The notes under the pieces: generated by a model
Told to the model about the DNA's origin: nothing
Databases searched by the model: none
Seen by the model: only the letters and a program-made list of their open reading frames with translations
Shown here: positions 60,921 through 64,000 of the stretch, piece by piece
Position numbering within the stretch: the stretch's first letter is position 1
How the letters are laid out: each line of letters starts with the position of its first letter
Translations under genes and position numbers: made by a program
From: Flavobacteriales bacterium
GTDB lineage: Bacteria > Bacteroidota > Bacteroidia > Flavobacteriales > UBA7312
NCBI GenBank assembly: GCA_016779935.1
Contig: JADHMQ010000008.1
Span: 2,672-66,671 of the forward strand
Reading direction: 5' to 3'
Length of the DNA stretch: 64,000 bases

Positions 60921-60986
60921 GTTTAACATAATTATCCATCAGCAACTCCGTGTTGGTGGTAGTGTTTAACGAAAACTATCAAAAAG

Positions 60987-63191
60987 ATGACATTCAAATC
61001 TATTTTAAGCCTAAGCTTCATAGCTTCGACTTTATGGCTATCTGCCCAAGAATCAGATACCTTAATTATTTATCCTGACTTAGAAGAAGTCAACATCAGA
61101 GCGTTAAGAGCTTCTGAAAAAACACCCATGTCCTATTCAAATATTGACCAACAACAGTTGGAAGAACAAAATTTAGGACAGGATATTCCATACATGCTAT
61201 CACTGACACCATCTATTGTAACCACTTCAGACGCAGGCGCAGGCATTGGATACACAGGTTTTAGAGTGCGTGGTAGCGACCCCACTAGAATAAATGTAAC
61301 CATAGATGGTATTCCTCTAAACGACGCAGAATCTCAAGGAGTATGGTGGGTTAATATGCCGGACTTTACTTCATCTGTTGAAGACATTCAAATCCAAAGA
61401 GGTGTTGGAACGTCAACCAATGGTGCGGGTGCTTTTGGTGCAACGGTAAACCTTAGGACTCAAAAGCTACGCCCAACAGCCTACGCCACTACCAATAATA
61501 GTATTGGGTCTTACAATACACTGAAAAACAATGTAGAGTTTGGCTCTGGTCTTTTGGCCAATAAATTTACACTAGACGGACGTCTTTCAAAACTCTCCTC
61601 TGACGGATATATTGATAGAGCCACTTCTGACTTAAAATCACTGTACCTTTCTGGTGCTTACTTCGGAAATGATGAGGTTCTAAAGCTCACATTAATTTCA
61701 GGAAAGGAAAAAACCTATCAAGCCTGGAATGGTGTACCTCTATCTTACATTAATGATGATAGCCTTAGGACTTTCAACAGCTACACCTATGAAAATGAAA
61801 CCGATAACTATTGGCAAGACCACTACATGATGCATTACAACAAACAGTTGAGCCCCTCTGCATCATTTAATCTTGGACTACATTTCACAAAAGGAAGAGG
61901 GTATTATGAGCAATACAAGAAAGGCGAAGACTTTACAGATTATGGCTTAAATAACGTTATCGTTGGAAGCGACACTATTACAAGCACAAATTTAATTAGA
62001 AGAAAATGGCTCGATAATGACTTTTACGGAACCGTATTTTCATACCAAAACAGCATTGACAATTTAGAGTATACAATTGGTGGAGGCTGGAACACCTATG
62101 AAGGTAGACACTACGGTGTTGTAAGATGGGCAGAATATGCAAGTAATGGATATATTGACCATATATATTATGATAATGATGCTATAAAAACAGACTTGAA
62201 TGTATATGCTAAAGCTCTTTATAAATACAGTGAAGAACTTTCATTATTCGGAGATTTACAAAAACGCTATATTGATTATTCTTTCATTGGCAAAGATGAT
62301 AATGGAGCTTCCTTAGAAGATACTGTCAATTTTGATTTCTTTAATCCAAAATTTGGCGCATTTTATCAGCTGGATGACTCCAAGAGTATTTTTGCATCTT
62401 TTGCCGTTGCTAATAGAGAACCTAATCGAAGTGACTTTGTAGATTCTTCACCAAATTCAAGGCCAGTTCATGAAACACTTTACGACACTGAACTTGGCTA
62501 CAAAATCTCAAAGAAAAACTTCACTTTATCAGCTAACGCCTACTATATGATATATGAAAATCAGCTCATTTTAACAGGAAAAATAAACGATGTAGGCGAA
62601 TACACAAGAGAAAATGTTGATTACTCTGAACGAAAAGGGATAGAAATTGAAGGGGGGGTTAAGCTGAACAGTAAAATTGACTGGTCAGGAAACATCTCAT
62701 TCAGTGAAAATACAATTGCAAACTACACCGAATATGTAGACAATTGGGACACATGGGGACAAGAAAAAATTGAATACGAGAACACTAATATTGCTTTTTC
62801 TCCAGAGCTAATTTGGGCAAGTAAATTTAATTATCAATTTAATGACAGAATGGGAATTCAACTAATTTCCAAATATGTTGACGAGCAATACATTGACAAT
62901 ACATCGAGTCAAGATAGAAAATTAGACGCCTATTTAGTTCACCACGGTCGTTTTATTTGGAACATCAACAGCTCGTTTTTCAAAAAAGCCAGACTAAGTC
63001 TCCAAGTAAATAATTTACTGGATGAGAACTACGTCAACAACGCATGGATCTACCGATTTAAATCGGATGGTTACGACCCAAGACCAGATGATGCTTTCGT
63101 TTCTGCAAATAGCGAAGGCGGTTACGATATGGTGGGCTATTTTCCACAAGCAAAACGAAACTTCTTATTAGGACTTACTTTGGGTTTCTAA
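60987..63191 (+). CDS. TonB-dependent receptor, probable thiamine/thiamine-precursor transporter
   Basis: Plug NLGQDIP..TSDAGAGIGYTGFRVRG..RINVTIDGIPLND..QIQRGVGTSTNGAGAFG; ends LGLTLGF; under TPP riboswitch control. Confidence 0.9.
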   Translation: MTFKSILSLSFIASTLWLSAQESDTLIIYPDLEEVNIRALRASEKTPMSYSNIDQQQLEEQNLGQDIPYMLSLTPSIVTTSDAGAGIGYTGFRVRGSDPTRINVTIDGIPLNDAESQGVWWVNMPDFTSSVEDIQIQRGVGTSTNGAGAFGATVNLRTQKLRPTAYATTNNSIGSYNTLKNNVEFGSGLLANKFTLDGRLSKLSSDGYIDRATSDLKSLYLSGAYFGNDEVLKLTLISGKEKTYQAWNGVPLSYINDDSLRTFNSYTYENETDNYWQDHYMMHYNKQLSPSASFNLGLHFTKGRGYYEQYKKGEDFTDYGLNNVIVGSDTITSTNLIRRKWLDNDFYGTVFSYQNSIDNLEYTIGGGWNTYEGRHYGVVRWAEYASNGYIDHIYYDNDAIKTDLNVYAKALYKYSEELSLFGDLQKRYIDYSFIGKDDNGASLEDTVNFDFFNPKFGAFYQLDDSKSIFASFAVANREPNRSDFVDSSPNSRPVHETLYDTELGYKISKKNFTLSANAYYMIYENQLILTGKINDVGEYTRENVDYSERKGIEIEGGVKLNSKIDWSGNISFSENTIANYTEYVDNWDTWGQEKIEYENTNIAFSPELIWASKFNYQFNDRMGIQLISKYVDEQYIDNTSSQDRKLDAYLVHHGRFIWNINSSFFKKARLSLQVNNLLDENYVNNAWIYRFKSDGYDPRPDDAFVSANSEGGYDMVGYFPQAKRNFLLGLTLGF

Positions 63192-63208
63192 ACTGCTCAA
63201 AAAACAAT

Positions 63209-63239
63209 AAAAAAGCCGTCGAAAATCGACGGCTTTTTT
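63209..63239. terminator. Bidirectional terminator between the thiamine receptor and ribF
   Basis: AAAAAAGCCGTCGA-AAA-TCGACGGCTTTTTT. Confidence 0.9.
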
Positions 63240-63247
63240 ATTGCCTT

Positions 63248-64000
63248 TTATTTTAACTCTTGAATAGCAAGTTGCTTATCAATAAGTAATTGTTTTTTTA
63301 AACTATCTATATTTTTAAAGGTCATTTCCTCCCTCAAGCGTTCAACAAATTTTATTTGTAGCTTCAGCCCATATAAGTCTTCATCGAAATTAAAGATATG
63401 CACTTCTAATGAACGTTCATTCACTCCAAGAGTAGGGTTTTTACCAATATTCATCATTCCATCCATAAGTTTGCCGTCAAAACTTACCTTGACTGCATAT
63501 ACTCCGTCTTTAGGAACGAGCTTTGTATTGTCAGAAATATTCAAATTGGCAGTAGGAAAATCAATAGTTCTTCCGATTTCTTTACCCTTAACAACAGTTC
63601 CTTCTAATTGATAATAATAACCTAAATAATCATGAGCTTTTGAAACATTGCCAAAAAGTAAAGCCTTTCTAATTTTGGTTGAACTCACACTCACTTCATC
63701 AAGAAGCTGAGCGGGAATTTCTTCTACCTCAAAACCATATAAATGGGAAAATTCTTTAAGATGCTCGAAAGAGCCTTCTCTATTTCTTCCAAAATGGTGG
63801 TTATAACCAATCACAAGCTTGTGAGTGTTAATCTGATTCACAATAATATCACGCACAAAATTCATTGATTTTATTCTAGAAAACGCTTTGGTAAAAGGAT
63901 GAATAATCAAATGATCTATACCTGCATTTTCGAGAAGACTAATCTTTTCATCCAAAGTATTAATCAATTGCAACTGATGATCATCAGGAAAAAGCACCAT
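63248..64000 (-). CDS. ribF: Bifunctional riboflavin kinase/FAD synthetase (5' part outside window)
   Basis: IGYNHHFG, VSSTKIR, G..IGRTIDFPTAN, GVYAV, NIGKNPT, EVHIFNF..DLYG, LREE..F. Confidence 0.95.
   Translation of the reverse strand: MVLFPDDHQLQLINTLDEKISLLENAGIDHLIIHPFTKAFSRIKSMNFVRDIIVNQINTHKLVIGYNHHFGRNREGSFEHLKEFSHLYGFEVEEIPAQLLDEVSVSSTKIRKALLFGNVSKAHDYLGYYYQLEGTVVKGKEIGRTIDFPTANLNISDNTKLVPKDGVYAVKVSFDGKLMDGMMNIGKNPTLGVNERSLEVHIFNFDEDLYGLKLQIKFVERLREEMTFKNIDSLKKQLLIDKQLAIQELK

Overview
Low-GC, densely packed core-genome segment of a Bacteroidota bacterium, most consistent with Flavobacteriales (TAnnTTTG-type promoters, T9SS cargo proteins, fused secDF, Bacteroidota-type purM, ahcY/GGGPS cluster). 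It holds about 50 CDS, mostly housekeeping (apt, pyrF, prfA, purM, glnII, tatA, secDF, mdh, gyrB, ftsE, murB, ruvC, greA, ahcY, ribF), one tRNA-Leu(TAG) and one TPP riboswitch. No CRISPR array, rRNA, integrase or transposase is visible. The best candidate for an uncharacterised system is a three-gene operon at 47.9-56.8 kb: a giant TonB-dependent receptor, a 1373-aa T9SS-type surface protein with an atypical C-terminus, and its own PorV-family barrel. Other notable items: a TPP aptamer with a non-canonical pyrophosphate-sensing junction beside a YkoF + NadR-like kinase pair without pnuC; tandem T9SS type-B adhesins with a CxxC in the sorting domain and identical 3' DNA; a TPR protein plus apparently plug-less barrel divergent from ftsE; a doubly broken DUF2851 gene; and a decayed region (ccoI fragment, lipoprotein pseudogene, XRE regulator with palindrome) at the tRNA-Leu 3' end. 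All family assignments are from motif recognition by eye; no searches were run.
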